Source of the DNA: Candidatus Kaiserbacteria bacterium
Lineage (GTDB): Bacteria; Patescibacteriota; Minisyncoccia; Phycocordibacterales; UBA2100
Reading direction: 5' to 3'
DNA length: 64,000 bases
NCBI GenBank assembly: GCA_016186695.1
Contig: JACPLC010000006.1
Coordinates: 7,283-71,282 of the forward strand
Of the stretch, positions 8,937 to 19,127 are shown one piece after another (the first letter of the stretch is position 1; the number at the start of each line of letters is the position of its first letter). The translations under genes were made by a program, and so were the position numbers. Below the pieces are notes generated by a model. The model searched no databases, was not told where the DNA came from, and saw only the letters and a list, made by a program, of their open reading frames with translations.

Positions 8937-11347
8937 GGCCGAGACAGACGTTGCCGCATCGTTCGGGACCTTGATCTTGAGCTCTTGGACCGTGAAGCTC
9001 GAGTTCGCACCGGCAAAGTCGAATTTGCCGACGTGGACCCACGAGTGACCGTCAAGGTGCCGGAGCCGTTCGTAATCGTCTGGAGCGAGACATCCGAGCC
9101 AACCGTCACCGATTGTCCCGTCGTCGCACCCGTACCACCCGAAGTATCATCAAGATCTGCGATCCATGGACCGGCGTTTGCGCCGCTCTTCACGTTCGCT
9201 ACAACGTTGATGGTCTTCGTCTGCGACGCACCCATCGGCACGTTGACGCCGAAGGAGTTAGTCGCCGCTGCGGAAGATTTCGTCGTGCCGATCTGCGCGC
9301 CCGTCGCGTTGTCGACGAGGCGGAGATCGGTGATCGATGCCGCTTCAGCAGTCGAGAGGTTGATGACGATCGTGTTCACGGTCACGCCCTCGGTCGAACC
9401 GGTGCCGAGCGTGAAGGACCCTAGCTTGGCGTTGTTCGCGCCAGCGACGATCGTCTGGTTGCCGTACCCTGAAGCCTTCGTGCCCGTGAGGGTCGAAGAG
9501 CTGATGGTGCGGGAGTTGCCTTCCACTTCGCTGATCGCAGAGGTGAGGCGGTCGCCCGAGGCGATACCCTCCGTGTCTGCGGTCGCGATGGAAACACCGA
9601 CATCAACTGTTTCGGTTGCCGTGTAGTTGGTGGCGTCGGACTGCTTGGAATCACCGTAGATCTCCACAACATGGGTCTTCCCAAGCTTGAGGATCATCGA
9701 GGAGCCGAGCGTGAAGGACGTTCCGGCAGCAGCCGTCACGTCCGCGGTCGAACCCACTTGGACACCGTCCAGCATGATGCGGACGTTGTCCATCGTGTTG
9801 TCCGAGGTCGAGGTATCGATGTCAACAGTTATCGCTTCGACTTTGACATCATCACCTGCCGCGCGGAACTCAAAGCGCGACCAGAGTTGACCAGTCGAGG
9901 CGACTGCCACGTTCTCCGTCGGAGAGGTGTTTGCCTTCACGACAGAGAGACCGATACCTTCCACCGTGTTAGCCGTAACTGCCGTTGGGGCAGAAGGCTT
10001 GAGGGGCTGACCGAGCTCCGAGTCCACCAAGAGGATGTCTGTCCCTCTGCGGATCTGGAAGTCGAAGGTCTTGCCCGAGGTGCCCAAGACGTCCGCGACG
10101 AGGCGGATCTCGTTACCACCCGTCTCAAGTTTGAGAGGGTTCGCCGAGAGGTCGAAGATGACCTTGTCGCCAACCGACGCCGGAACGACTGAACCAACCG
10201 GATTGCCCTTTACGTAGAGCTTGAAGTTGGCGAAGTCGCTGTCTTTGGTAGTACCGCGGTTCTCGAACTGGACAGAGTGGAGCCACGCTGCACGGGTGTT
10301 CTCCGTAAGCGTTGCCTGGAAGACCGTTATCTCGTTCGCCGGAGCGAACGTCACGTTGCTGGGTGTTGCCGTACCCCACGTCGCCGTCGCGATAGTCGCG
10401 TTGGAGATGAGGTGTAGGTTACCCGAGATCGGGAGTACGACGGAAGCGTCGAGCGGCGCGGAGGCCGTGACACCCGTCAGCTGTACGCCGACCTGATTGC
10501 CGTTCGTCGAACCGATGTCCGAGCGGACAGAAACGGTTACCGAACCATTCGCGGGAACCGTGAAGAGACCGCCCGAAGCGTTGAAGCTGAAGTTACCGCT
10601 CGAGATGCCCGCCGGATCAGTGATTCGGCGTGCGCCATCGTAGAGGTAAATGTTGCTCAAGTCCGTGTCGGTCGAGACACCGATGCGCTTGAGTGCAAGG
10701 TTCGTGACCGTGACAGGCACGCCCGAGCCGTTCGAGAAGGTGAACTTCGCGAGAAGGGCGATACCCTGACTCTTGACGATCGTGCTAGCCGCCGGATTGT
10801 CAGCAGCGAGCATGGCGCGGAGTCCCGCTCCAACCGGAACAGGAGGAGGCGTGCCGGGCGTTACCGGACCGGGAGTTACCCCTGCGCAGAGGGCGTTTGC
10901 CTTCGCGCGCGTGATCGGACCCCAGAAGCCGGCCGCCGGCGTGATGCCGTTTGCCGCCTGGAATGCCGAGACCGCTGCCTTGGTGCGAGCACCAAAGTAC
11001 GAGGTTTCGTTGCCCGGAGAGCCGGCGCCCGCCGAGGCGATAACCGCTCCATGAGCGTTGAGGAATGTCTGAATCCACATCACTTCACCTCCCGAGTTTC
11101 CCATCGAGTGGTTCCTTGTGAATGTGTAGCAGCCAGCACCAGTGCCACCCGTTGTGGTGCCACCCTGAAGCGCTGCGATTTGTGCGAGCAATGCCTGGAT
11201 CTGTACCTGAAGATCGGCAATCGTCTGCGCTTTCGCCGGAGTGGCGAACGCAAACGAGAGCGCGAGGATCAGACCTAAGCCCAGAAACACTGCCGCAACA
11301 TTTTTTGTTGCTAATGCTTTACTCATAAGTTTTGTTTGACCTTTCAC
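8933..11347 (-). CDS. large secreted surface protein with N-terminal peptidoglycan-binding domain; C-terminus disrupted by frameshift near 9010-9040
   Basis: Signal peptide (MSKALATKNVAAVFLGLGLILALSFAFATPAKA). PG-binding motif CYTFTRNHSMGNSGGEVMWIQTFLNAHGAVIA...GITPAAGFWGPITRAKA. Long beta-rich Thr/Ser/Gly body. The last ~25 aa turn Arg-rich (RTRASRSKSSRSRSRTMRQRLSRP), typical of an out-of-frame read. Confidence 0.65.
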   Translation of the reverse strand: MKGQTKLMSKALATKNVAAVFLGLGLILALSFAFATPAKAQTIADLQVQIQALLAQIAALQGGTTTGGTGAGCYTFTRNHSMGNSGGEVMWIQTFLNAHGAVIASAGAGSPGNETSYFGARTKAAVSAFQAANGITPAAGFWGPITRAKANALCAGVTPGPVTPGTPPPVPVGAGLRAMLAADNPAASTIVKSQGIALLAKFTFSNGSGVPVTVTNLALKRIGVSTDTDLSNIYLYDGARRITDPAGISSGNFSFNASGGLFTVPANGSVTVSVRSDIGSTNGNQVGVQLTGVTASAPLDASVVLPISGNLHLISNATIATATWGTATPSNVTFAPANEITVFQATLTENTRAAWLHSVQFENRGTTKDSDFANFKLYVKGNPVGSVVPASVGDKVIFDLSANPLKLETGGNEIRLVADVLGTSGKTFDFQIRRGTDILLVDSELGQPLKPSAPTAVTANTVEGIGLSVVKANTSPTENVAVASTGQLWSRFEFRAAGDDVKVEAITVDIDTSTSDNTMDNVRIMLDGVQVGSTADVTAAAGTSFTLGSSMILKLGKTHVVEIYGDSKQSDATNYTATETVDVGVSIATADTEGIASGDRLTSAISEVEGNSRTISSSTLTGTKASGYGNQTIVAGANNAKLGSFTLGTGSTEGVTVNTIVINLSTAEAASITDLRLVDNATGAQIGTTKSSAAATNSFGVNVPMGASQTKTINVVANVKSGANAGPWIADLDDTSGGTGATTGQSVTVGSDVSLQTITNGSGTLTVTRGSTSANSTLPVRTRASRSKSSRSRSRTMRQRLSRP

Positions 11348-11946
11348 CCTTCACACGAAGATTTTCGTGTGTCGGGCTGCATGCATTTTCTTTCGACGAG
11401 AATATGTATGCATTTGTATTGCCTTCTAATGACTAATAACTGAAGACAACTTAATAATTTTGCTAGCCCGACGCGCGAAAGCGCGACGAGGTTAGCAGCA
11501 AGAGAATTGGACTGTCATTCATCCGAACAGAGTATTCCGGACATGCGCCGAATTTCAGGAGAAAAATTTTCGTGATGGCAGATGCCATCTCGATTGTTCG
11601 TGCCACTATGCAGATGTCAGAGAACCAAGCGGAAGAGCGACTCGCCCTCGCTTTTTATCATCAATCAATGCGTCTTAGTCAAAAGGCGCATCCCGACAAT
11701 TATATATCAGCGAGTTTGCGGCGAAGCTCTTACCCAAACTACGTTTTGTGGATAACTTGTGGCCAAAGAAAGCCCCCAAATAAGACTAACGGGCGGCCTT
11801 GTTTCAGTTCACGAGTTACCGCGGCACAATACGCTCCCGACACGCGGGAGTCAACCGTTTTGACGCCAGTTCTCGGGCAATCTTTCAGCCGTTCACAGAA
11901 TCTTTAAAGAAATCGTGAGCTAAAATATATTCCAAAACGAAAATGC

Positions 11947-12705
11947 TTACTGCGCAAGAGCGTACGTGCTCCAGCGCTTCGCGCCCATTTTTTTTACGCG
12001 GCCCTGCAAGACAAGGTTTTTTAGTTCACGTTGTATCATTTTCTCGCTATATTCGGGAAGATTCGCCGCAATGTCCTTTATTCCCAATTGCCCATGCGAA
12101 CCCAGGACAGCAACGACTTCTTCCGCGCGGCCGTGTGTTGGAGATCCCTTATCGGACACCGAATCGCTCTGCTGCAATTTGTCCTTTATCTGGCGAGCTT
12201 TTTTTCTCCTCCTGGTATCTGATATGAGCCCGCTCGTATGCGTGGCAAGCGCAAAGTCGTCTTTATTGAGAGATGTGCTCTCAGAGAGTCCTGACCGCTT
12301 AGCCATCGTTAGATATACCCCAAGCTCATCCAAGGCTGCGATAAGTACGTCTGCATTTTGCATGGATACACGGCCCGATACTGAGAGTATGCGTGTGAGA
12401 GATATGAGTTTTCGGATCAAACCTTCTACGCTCTTGAGAGCCTGCGACTCGCGGCTGCGCAATTCATCACGAAGTTTCAGAGTTGACGAGAGGAGGATGA
12501 TTGCGGCACTACGGGCTGCTCCTCGCACCGGCTCATCATGTGGAATATGGTTGGTAAGCAAATGAAGCGCGGCGGCAATACGTTCTGCGCGACGATAGGC
12601 ACGCTCACCAGAAACATTTTCCCCAAAGGCATCTGTCCGTATTGCTGTACTATCGAGAAAACGAGATAGGTGATCTTTCTTTGCCACGTCCTTTATATCG
12701 TCCAT
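11947..12705 (-). CDS. hypothetical protein with C-terminal winged-helix DNA-binding-like domain
   Basis: 252 aa, helical. C-terminal wHTH-like segment LGIKDIAANLPEYSEKMIQRELKNLVLQGRVKKMGAKRWSTYAL. Divergent from ftsK. Confidence 0.45.
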   Translation of the reverse strand: MDDIKDVAKKDHLSRFLDSTAIRTDAFGENVSGERAYRRAERIAAALHLLTNHIPHDEPVRGAARSAAIILLSSTLKLRDELRSRESQALKSVEGLIRKLISLTRILSVSGRVSMQNADVLIAALDELGVYLTMAKRSGLSESTSLNKDDFALATHTSGLISDTRRRKKARQIKDKLQQSDSVSDKGSPTHGRAEEVVAVLGSHGQLGIKDIAANLPEYSEKMIQRELKNLVLQGRVKKMGAKRWSTYALAQ

Positions 12706-12706
12706 T

Positions 12707-15079
12707 GTGGAGCCATACGTGTCCTTTTTGTCCTATACACGCGGCATGTCGGATTATATAGAGGACAAGAGGAGATGCAACGGCAAAATCAAGAAGAAAA
12801 AACATGCCATCAAAAACATGTCGGGAAATCGGGCAAAAGTGGAATGCTATGATAGTGCCATGAAAGAAAAACGCCGAAATGGCAAGAACAAACGAAAGGA
12901 AGAGGAGGACCAGGCCGATTCAGGACCGCGCGTAAGCCCCGAGGTAATGCGGGGGGTGTCGGCAATCTTTCTTGCGGCCATAGCGGGCTTTCTTGTCCTT
13001 GCGAGTACTGATAAAGGGGGTACGGTGGGCACTGCACTGTATCAATGGCTCTCCTCCCTTTTGGGCGTTGGATATTTGCTGCTTCCACTGTCGCTCATCT
13101 TGCTCTCCATCGCCATCCTTCGCTCGTTCGAAAGACATTTTGGTTTCATACAGCTCGGGAGTATGGCGGTATTTCTTCTCGCCGCACTTGGGCTCGTAAA
13201 CGTCGCGCTTCCTGATCGCGGAGGAATTATTGGGTCGGCCGTTGCCGGACCGCTCTCAAAGGCAATCGACACGCCAGCGACCATTATTTTTCTGGCCGCT
13301 TTTATTATCGCTGCCCTTATCGTCGCATTCAATATCCATCTCGGTGCACTCTTTTCTGCACTACGCGAACGTCTTCGCCGCGCTCCCGAAGAGAAACTTT
13401 TAGAGGATGTTTCGGTCATTGGTTTACCGCCGGACGAAGAGGCGCAAGAAGTTGAGGCGCAGTCACCACAGATCGAATCTGTGGTGACAGAAGCTGCTGA
13501 AGAAAAGAAGGGAGCGATCGCTCGATTCTTCGATCAAAAATCAGAGAGCACTGAAGGGTTCCCGATTATTGCTGCGACGGGTTCGACATATACTCCCCCG
13601 CCGGTTTCGATCCTCGCAAAAAACCGCGGGAGACCCGAGGTCGGCGATGTGAAAGCAAACATGAACATCATCAAGCGGACGCTGCAGAATTTCGGCATTA
13701 TGGTCGAGATGGATGAGGCATCGATCGGCCCGACCGTGACACGCTACGCGATGAAGCCGGCGGAAGGCGTGCGACTTTCGAAAATTGTCGCGCTCCAGAG
13801 CAATCTTGAGCTCGCACTCGCCGCCGCTCCGGTGCGCATCGAGGCACCGATCCCCGGAAAATCGCTCGTGGGGATCGAAGTGCCCAACATCGCGCGAACG
13901 ACACTTGGACTCGCGCCCTTGATTTCAGATGACGCGTTCGCGGGTTCCGACAAGCCGCTCCTGCTTAGTTTGGGCCGCTCCATCACCGGCACGCCGCACT
14001 ACGCCGATCTCGGGCGGATGCCGCACCTCTTGGTTGCCGGCACCACCGGCGCGGGCAAATCGGTTGCTATCCACGACTTCATCGTCTCCTTGCTCTACCG
14101 CTGCGGACCGGAGCGGCTCCGCTTCATCATGATCGACCCGAAGCGTGTCGAGCTTACGCTCTACAATTCCATCCCCCACCTCCTCACTCCTGTCATCACC
14201 GACGCCAAGAAAGCGATCCTTGCCATCAAGTGGCTCGCAAAGGAAATGGAAAGACGCTACAACATTCTCGAAACCGAATCGGTCCGTGATATCAGCTCCT
14301 ATCACGAAAACATCGTCGCGCCCGCAATCGGGAAAGGTGTCTCCGAAGAGGAAAAAATGCCGGAGGCGATGCCCTACATCGTCGTCGTTATCGATGAACT
14401 GGCCGACATCATGTCGACCTACCCGCGCGAACTAGAGGCAGGGATCGTGCGGCTCGCGCAAATGAGCCGCGCGGTCGGCATCCACCTCATTCTTTCGACG
14501 CAGCGGCCGAGCGTGAAAGTCATCACCGGCCTCATCAAAGCGAATATCCCCGCGCGCGTCGCCTTTCAGGTCGCCTCGCAGATAGACTCCCGCACCATCC
14601 TCGACATGGGGGGCGCAGAAAAACTTCTCGGCGCAGGTGATATGCTCTTCCTTTCCGGCGAAATGAGCAAACCGCGACGCATCCAAGCCCCACTGATCTC
14701 CGAAAACGAAGTAAAGAAGGTCGTTCAATGGATTGCGCGCGAAAGCGAAGGGCAGATTCCGAGCGAAATCGACTTCACCGAAAAAACGGGAGGCGGCGTA
14801 GATGCGATCTTTTCCTCCATGACCGAAGAGGACGATGACGACGAGCTCTACAGCGAAGCAAAGCGAACAATTATCGAAGCCGGCAAAGCCTCGACCTCCT
14901 ACCTGCAGCGCAAACTCGGCATCGGCTACGCGCGTGCCGCGCGGCTCATGGACATCTTGGAAGAGCGCGGCGTCATAGGCCCCGCAGATGGCGCGAAGCC
15001 GCGCGAAGTCATCGGCGCGGGAAACGCAGACGAACTCGCGCGAGAGCCCGAGGGAGAAGAGGAAGCCGAGCGTGTATGA
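12707..15079 (+). CDS. ftsK: DNA translocase FtsK/SpoIIIE
   Basis: N-terminal TM segments. Walker A GTTGAGKSV and Walker B VVVIDELADIM. C-terminal gamma/wHTH SYLQRKLGIGYARAARLMDILEERGVIG. True start is probably an internal Met (12818/12857), because the first ~80 aa are Lys/Arg-rich and the upstream intergenic region is otherwise 1 bp. Confidence 0.9.
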   Translation: MEPYVSFLSYTRGMSDYIEDKRRCNGKIKKKKHAIKNMSGNRAKVECYDSAMKEKRRNGKNKRKEEEDQADSGPRVSPEVMRGVSAIFLAAIAGFLVLASTDKGGTVGTALYQWLSSLLGVGYLLLPLSLILLSIAILRSFERHFGFIQLGSMAVFLLAALGLVNVALPDRGGIIGSAVAGPLSKAIDTPATIIFLAAFIIAALIVAFNIHLGALFSALRERLRRAPEEKLLEDVSVIGLPPDEEAQEVEAQSPQIESVVTEAAEEKKGAIARFFDQKSESTEGFPIIAATGSTYTPPPVSILAKNRGRPEVGDVKANMNIIKRTLQNFGIMVEMDEASIGPTVTRYAMKPAEGVRLSKIVALQSNLELALAAAPVRIEAPIPGKSLVGIEVPNIARTTLGLAPLISDDAFAGSDKPLLLSLGRSITGTPHYADLGRMPHLLVAGTTGAGKSVAIHDFIVSLLYRCGPERLRFIMIDPKRVELTLYNSIPHLLTPVITDAKKAILAIKWLAKEMERRYNILETESVRDISSYHENIVAPAIGKGVSEEEKMPEAMPYIVVVIDELADIMSTYPRELEAGIVRLAQMSRAVGIHLILSTQRPSVKVITGLIKANIPARVAFQVASQIDSRTILDMGGAEKLLGAGDMLFLSGEMSKPRRIQAPLISENEVKKVVQWIARESEGQIPSEIDFTEKTGGGVDAIFSSMTEEDDDDELYSEAKRTIIEAGKASTSYLQRKLGIGYARAARLMDILEERGVIGPADGAKPREVIGAGNADELAREPEGEEEAERV

Positions 15080-15102
15080 TTTTTCTTTTTCTCTCCCCCC
15101 CT

Positions 15103-15220
15103 TGGAATTTTTTTCGCGGTGTGCGCTTTTGGAGTGTCGCGCAGGCCGACGGGCCGAGCAGCAGGAATTTTTCAGCAGAAAAATATCCGACTCCAAAAGT
15201 GTACGGCGAGAAAAAAATTC
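15103..15220 (+). promoter_or_regulatory. 118-nt imperfect inverted repeat (about 35-bp stem with nested hairpins) between ftsK stop and the next start codon
   Basis: Arm1 ggaatttttttcgcggtgtgcgcttttggagtgtcg pairs with arm2 cgactccaaaagtgtacggcgagaaaaaaattcc (a few G-U or mismatches). The loop holds the ggccgacgggcc hairpin. The structure ends 7 nt before the ATG at 15227. Confidence 0.5.
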
Positions 15221-15226
15221 CATAAG

Positions 15227-15638
15227 TATGCTCCCCTATCACGACAGCCGTCTCACCCGAATCATCCTCATCGTCTTCTTCGTTGCACTTGCAGGATATG
15301 CATACTACGAGATACGCGGGCTTCTTTCGGGCCCCGTCATCGAGGTTGAAAACCGTGTCATGGAGGTTTCAGAGCAATTCATTACTATTGAGGGAAAGGC
15401 AGGGCGCATTGCAACGCTTTCCATGAACGGCAAGACGATTCCGGTAACCGAAGACGGCGCTTTTGCAGAAGGCTACGTGCTCGCTGAAGGCTACAACCGC
15501 ATTGTCCTCGAAGCGCGCGACCGCTACGGAAATGCGACGGAGCGCGAGATCGAGATCATCTACACGCCTTCGACTGGTTCGACGCCTTCGAATGCCTCAG
15601 GGCAAGCAAGTTCACCGCAGGCAACGACCACGCAGTAG
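15227..15638 (+). CDS. small membrane-anchored protein, unknown function
   Basis: ATG at 15227 ([27 protein letters not shown]...). One TM, then a soluble domain with a Ser/Thr-rich tail. Sits between ftsK and recA. Confidence 0.5.
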
Positions 15639-15679
15639 GCAGCTTGATACTTCATACCTCATACTTCATACTTGCCGTC

Positions 15680-16744
15680 ATGGCGCTTGGAACGAAGAAG
15701 GTCAAGGCTCCTCCGAAACAGACAGGTACGGGAAGTGATAAAGACATCGACCGCGCGATATCCGAAATAAAAACCAAGTTCGGCGACGACGCCATTATGA
15801 AATTAGGCGAGACGCCGAAGGTAGATGTGAACGCAATTCCCACGGGCTCCATCGGTGTTGACTGGGCGCTCGGCATCGGCGGATTGCCGCGTGGACGCAT
15901 CATTGAGATCTTCGGACCTGAGTCTTCGGGAAAGACGACGCTCTCACTCCACGTCGTTGCCGAGGCACAGAAAAAGGGCGGGGTGTGCGCCGTCGTCGAC
16001 GCAGAGCATGCGCTCGACCCGGAATACGCGAAAAAGCTCGGCGTGAACATCGAACAGCTCCTCGTTTCCCAGCCCGACACCGGAGAGCAGGCACTCGAGA
16101 TAGTCGAGTCGCTCGTTCGGAGTGGAAAAATAGACGTTATCGTCGTCGACTCCGTTGCCGCGCTCACACCGAAAGATGAGATAGAGGGCGACATGGGCGC
16201 GCAACACGTCGGAAAGCAGGCGCGTCTCATGTCGCAGGCACTTCGCAAGCTCACCGCCATCGTCGCGAGAACGAAGACCATCGTGATTTTCATCAACCAA
16301 ATCCGTATGCAAATCGGTGTGATGTTCGGCAATCCCGAGACGACGCCGGGCGGCAAGGCGCTGAAGTTTTACACCTCGGTGCGCATCGACATCCGTCGTA
16401 TCGCGCAGATAAAGAAAGGCGATGAGGTGATGGGCGGGCGGCATCGCGTGAAGATAGTAAAAAATAAAGTCGCTGCGCCCTTCCGCCAGACGGAATTCGA
16501 CATGCTCTATGGCGAAGGGATTTCAAAAGAGGGAGAAGCGCTCGCGCTCGGCGAGAAGTACGGTATCGTCGAAAAATCTTCCGGCGGCGCATACAGCTAC
16601 GGTGAGCACAAGCTCGGCCGCGGCTATGACGCCGCGCGCACCTTTCTGCGCGAGAACAAACCGATCCTTAACCAGCTTCTGAAAGAGATCAAAAAAGCGC
16701 TCGCCGAAGGCAGCGTCGCAAAGAACGCCGGCACCGAGGATTGA
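15680..16744 (+). CDS. recA: recombinase RecA
   Basis: [12 protein letters not shown]... Walker [10 protein letters not shown]; highly RecA-like throughout ([34 protein letters not shown]...). Confidence 0.95.
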   Translation: MALGTKKVKAPPKQTGTGSDKDIDRAISEIKTKFGDDAIMKLGETPKVDVNAIPTGSIGVDWALGIGGLPRGRIIEIFGPESSGKTTLSLHVVAEAQKKGGVCAVVDAEHALDPEYAKKLGVNIEQLLVSQPDTGEQALEIVESLVRSGKIDVIVVDSVAALTPKDEIEGDMGAQHVGKQARLMSQALRKLTAIVARTKTIVIFINQIRMQIGVMFGNPETTPGGKALKFYTSVRIDIRRIAQIKKGDEVMGGRHRVKIVKNKVAAPFRQTEFDMLYGEGISKEGEALALGEKYGIVEKSSGGAYSYGEHKLGRGYDAARTFLRENKPILNQLLKEIKKALAEGSVAKNAGTED

Positions 16745-16874
16745 TTGCCCGTCTCCGCCTCAACAAAAAACAACACCAAAAAAGTTGTGCATTTGGCACA
16801 GGTATGTATGATGCGCCTAGTTGCACTCGCGGCGCGGAAGCGCCCGCGTTTTATCCGAAACGTTTGCATCAGAG

Positions 16875-18278
16875 ATGAGAACGAACCGCCCCGCAAAGGC
16901 AAACACAAAACGAAAAAAGAAAAACGGTCCTAAAAAGTTCTGGCTCTTGGGCCGGGAGGAGATCAATACCGCCCACTTCGATATCGCTCCCGAGGGCAAT
17001 TTGATCGTGCGGGAGGGTAATTATCAATACAATATATACGACATCATCAAGAAGCACGGAACGCCGACCGAAATCTTCTTCCCTACCATCGTTGAGAATC
17101 GCGTCCGCGACCTCATTGAGACGTTCAACGCATTCATCAAGGTTACCGGCTACCGCGGACGCTTCTATTACCACTACCCGATGAAGGTCAACCAAAACCG
17201 TGAATTCGTCCTGCCGGCGGTCGCCGAGGGAGCGAACCTCGACGTGGGGAGCGCCAATGAGCTCTTCGTCGTGAAGCGGATGGTCGAGCAGGACAAATTC
17301 AATGAGAAGATCCGCGTCATCTGCAACGGCCCGAAGACCGAACACTACATGGCACTAATAGAAGAGCTGAAGTCGAAAGGGCTTGTCGTGATCCCGATCA
17401 TCGAGGACATGGTCGAGCTTGAGCGGATGAAAAAATTCAAGGGCGAGGTCGGCATTCGCGTCGATCTCAACATCAAGGTCGCGAGTCATTGGGACAAACG
17501 CTACAACCGCTACGGCTTTACCGAGGAGGAGCTACTCGGCCTCGGAAAGATCCGCAATCTTGCCGTCCTGCACTACCACGTCTCGAGCCAGATCGAACGC
17601 GTCGACGGCCTGGTGCAGCCGCTGAAGCGCGCTATTTCGCTCTATACCAAGATGCGCGAGAAGAATCCGCAACTCGATACTATCGACATCGGCGGCGGCG
17701 CGGGTGTCCCCTACGACAAACGCAAACGCTTCTACACCGGCCGAAACCTTATCAGCCAGCTCGTGAAGACTGCTAAAAAACAGTGCGATCGTCTTGGCGT
17801 TCGCCACCCGAATCTCATCGCAGAGTGGGGCCGCTTCGTCGTCGCGCCTGCACAAGTCACGATCTACCGGATCACCGCCGAGAAACAGGCGTACAACAAG
17901 GGTGGCAACAGCTGGTACGTGATAGACGGCTCATTTATGAACGACCTCCTCGATACATGGGCCATTAAGCAGAAATGGCACGTCGTGCCGGTAAACCATC
18001 TGCATAGCAAGAAGCTCGCGCGCGTATGGATCGGAGGAAGCTCCTGCGACAGTGACGACAAGTACACCGCCGGTGGCTCATACATTCTCTTGCCGCAGCT
18101 TCAAGATGTGGATGAACTCTACATCGCCTTCCTTGACACAGGTGCGTATCAGGATTCTCTCGCTTCTCATCATTGCCTCCTCTCCTCGCCGCTGAAACTT
18201 ACGGCGCAAAACGGTGAGATAAAGGTCGTGCGCAAGCGCGAGACTGCGGAAGAGGTCGGCAAGCAATTCGGGTGGTAG
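16875..18278 (+). CDS. fold-III (alanine-racemase-like) PLP-dependent decarboxylase, probable arginine decarboxylase
   Basis: PLP-lysine motif HYPMKVNQN. Gly-rich loop DIGGGAGVPY. Substrate-site GGSSCDSDD. The N-terminal GTPTEIFFP box is typical of the Orn/DAP/Arg decarboxylase family. Stop overlaps the agmatinase start. Start codon is uncertain (Lys-rich N-extension). Confidence 0.6.
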   Translation: MRTNRPAKANTKRKKKNGPKKFWLLGREEINTAHFDIAPEGNLIVREGNYQYNIYDIIKKHGTPTEIFFPTIVENRVRDLIETFNAFIKVTGYRGRFYYHYPMKVNQNREFVLPAVAEGANLDVGSANELFVVKRMVEQDKFNEKIRVICNGPKTEHYMALIEELKSKGLVVIPIIEDMVELERMKKFKGEVGIRVDLNIKVASHWDKRYNRYGFTEEELLGLGKIRNLAVLHYHVSSQIERVDGLVQPLKRAISLYTKMREKNPQLDTIDIGGGAGVPYDKRKRFYTGRNLISQLVKTAKKQCDRLGVRHPNLIAEWGRFVVAPAQVTIYRITAEKQAYNKGGNSWYVIDGSFMNDLLDTWAIKQKWHVVPVNHLHSKKLARVWIGGSSCDSDDKYTAGGSYILLPQLQDVDELYIAFLDTGAYQDSLASHHCLLSSPLKLTAQNGEIKVVRKRETAEEVGKQFGW

Positions 18279-18280
18279 TT

Positions 18281-19126
18281 ATGAAACTTTCCTTTGGAGA
18301 TTTCCCGAATCGGTACCGGGATCCAAAAAAAGCGAAGATCGCGATCCTTCCCGTTCCGTACGACGGAACTTCGACATATGGAAAAGGTGCGGACAAGGGC
18401 CCCGCGGCACTGCTTGCCGCTTCGTGCCAGCTCGAAAATTATGATATAGAAACAAAGACAGAGGTCTACAAGCACGGCATCTATGTCGAAAAACCGGTAA
18501 CCGAAAATCGCTCTCCCGAAAAAATGGTCGACGCCGTCGGGAAGAAAGTCTCCGAGATCATCGGCAAAAATAAATTCTGCGTGCTGCTTGGGGGCGAACA
18601 TTCCATCACACCGCCTGCCGTTCGCGCACACACAAAAAAGTACCAGGATCTCTCGGTACTCCAGCTCGACGCACACGCCGACATGCGCGAGCACTATCAT
18701 GGCTCGAAGAATAATCACGCGTGCGCGATGGCGCGTGTCAAAGAATTTAAGCCCGTGCAGGTCGGCATTCGTAGCCTCGACGTGGGCGAGTTGCGGAACA
18801 TCCGACTCGATCGCATATTTTTCGCCAAAGACATCCACGACAACGATCGATGGATGGAAAAGGCGATCTCGAAGCTCTCAAAAAATGTCTACGTCACCAT
18901 AGACCTCGACGTGTTCGATCCGGCCTTCGTACCTTCGACAGGCACTCCCGAGCCAGGTGGCTTGGATTGGTACCGTGTGACCCGATTCCTCAAAAACGTT
19001 GTCGGGAAACGCAGTGTCGTCGGCTTCGACGTCGTCGAGCTTTTGCCGCGGAAAGATGCGCCCGCTCCCGACTTTCTCGCGGCAAAGCTTGTGCACACCT
19101 TCCTAAGTCATATATTCTCAAAGTGA
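18281..19126 (+). CDS. speB: agmatinase (ureohydrolase family)
   Basis: Arginase/agmatinase signature motifs GGEHSIT, LDAHADM, DLDVFDP, STGTPEPGGL. ATG lies 3 nt after the decarboxylase stop. Confidence 0.8.
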   Translation: MKLSFGDFPNRYRDPKKAKIAILPVPYDGTSTYGKGADKGPAALLAASCQLENYDIETKTEVYKHGIYVEKPVTENRSPEKMVDAVGKKVSEIIGKNKFCVLLGGEHSITPPAVRAHTKKYQDLSVLQLDAHADMREHYHGSKNNHACAMARVKEFKPVQVGIRSLDVGELRNIRLDRIFFAKDIHDNDRWMEKAISKLSKNVYVTIDLDVFDPAFVPSTGTPEPGGLDWYRVTRFLKNVVGKRSVVGFDVVELLPRKDAPAPDFLAAKLVHTFLSHIFSK

Positions 19127-19127
19127 T

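Noticed and set aside
11348-11946. RNase P RNA / tmRNA in the 600-bp gap
   Set aside because: Only a weak GGUAAGAGC-like stretch on the minus strand, with other P4-like pieces absent or in the wrong order. No tRNA-like 3' end for tmRNA.
12707-12946. The N-terminal ~80 aa of the ftsK ORF as real coding sequence
   Set aside because: The Lys/Arg-rich, low-complexity stretch precedes the first TM segment and leaves essentially no promoter space to the divergent 11947..12705 gene. An internal Met start is more plausible, though which one cannot be decided from sequence alone.
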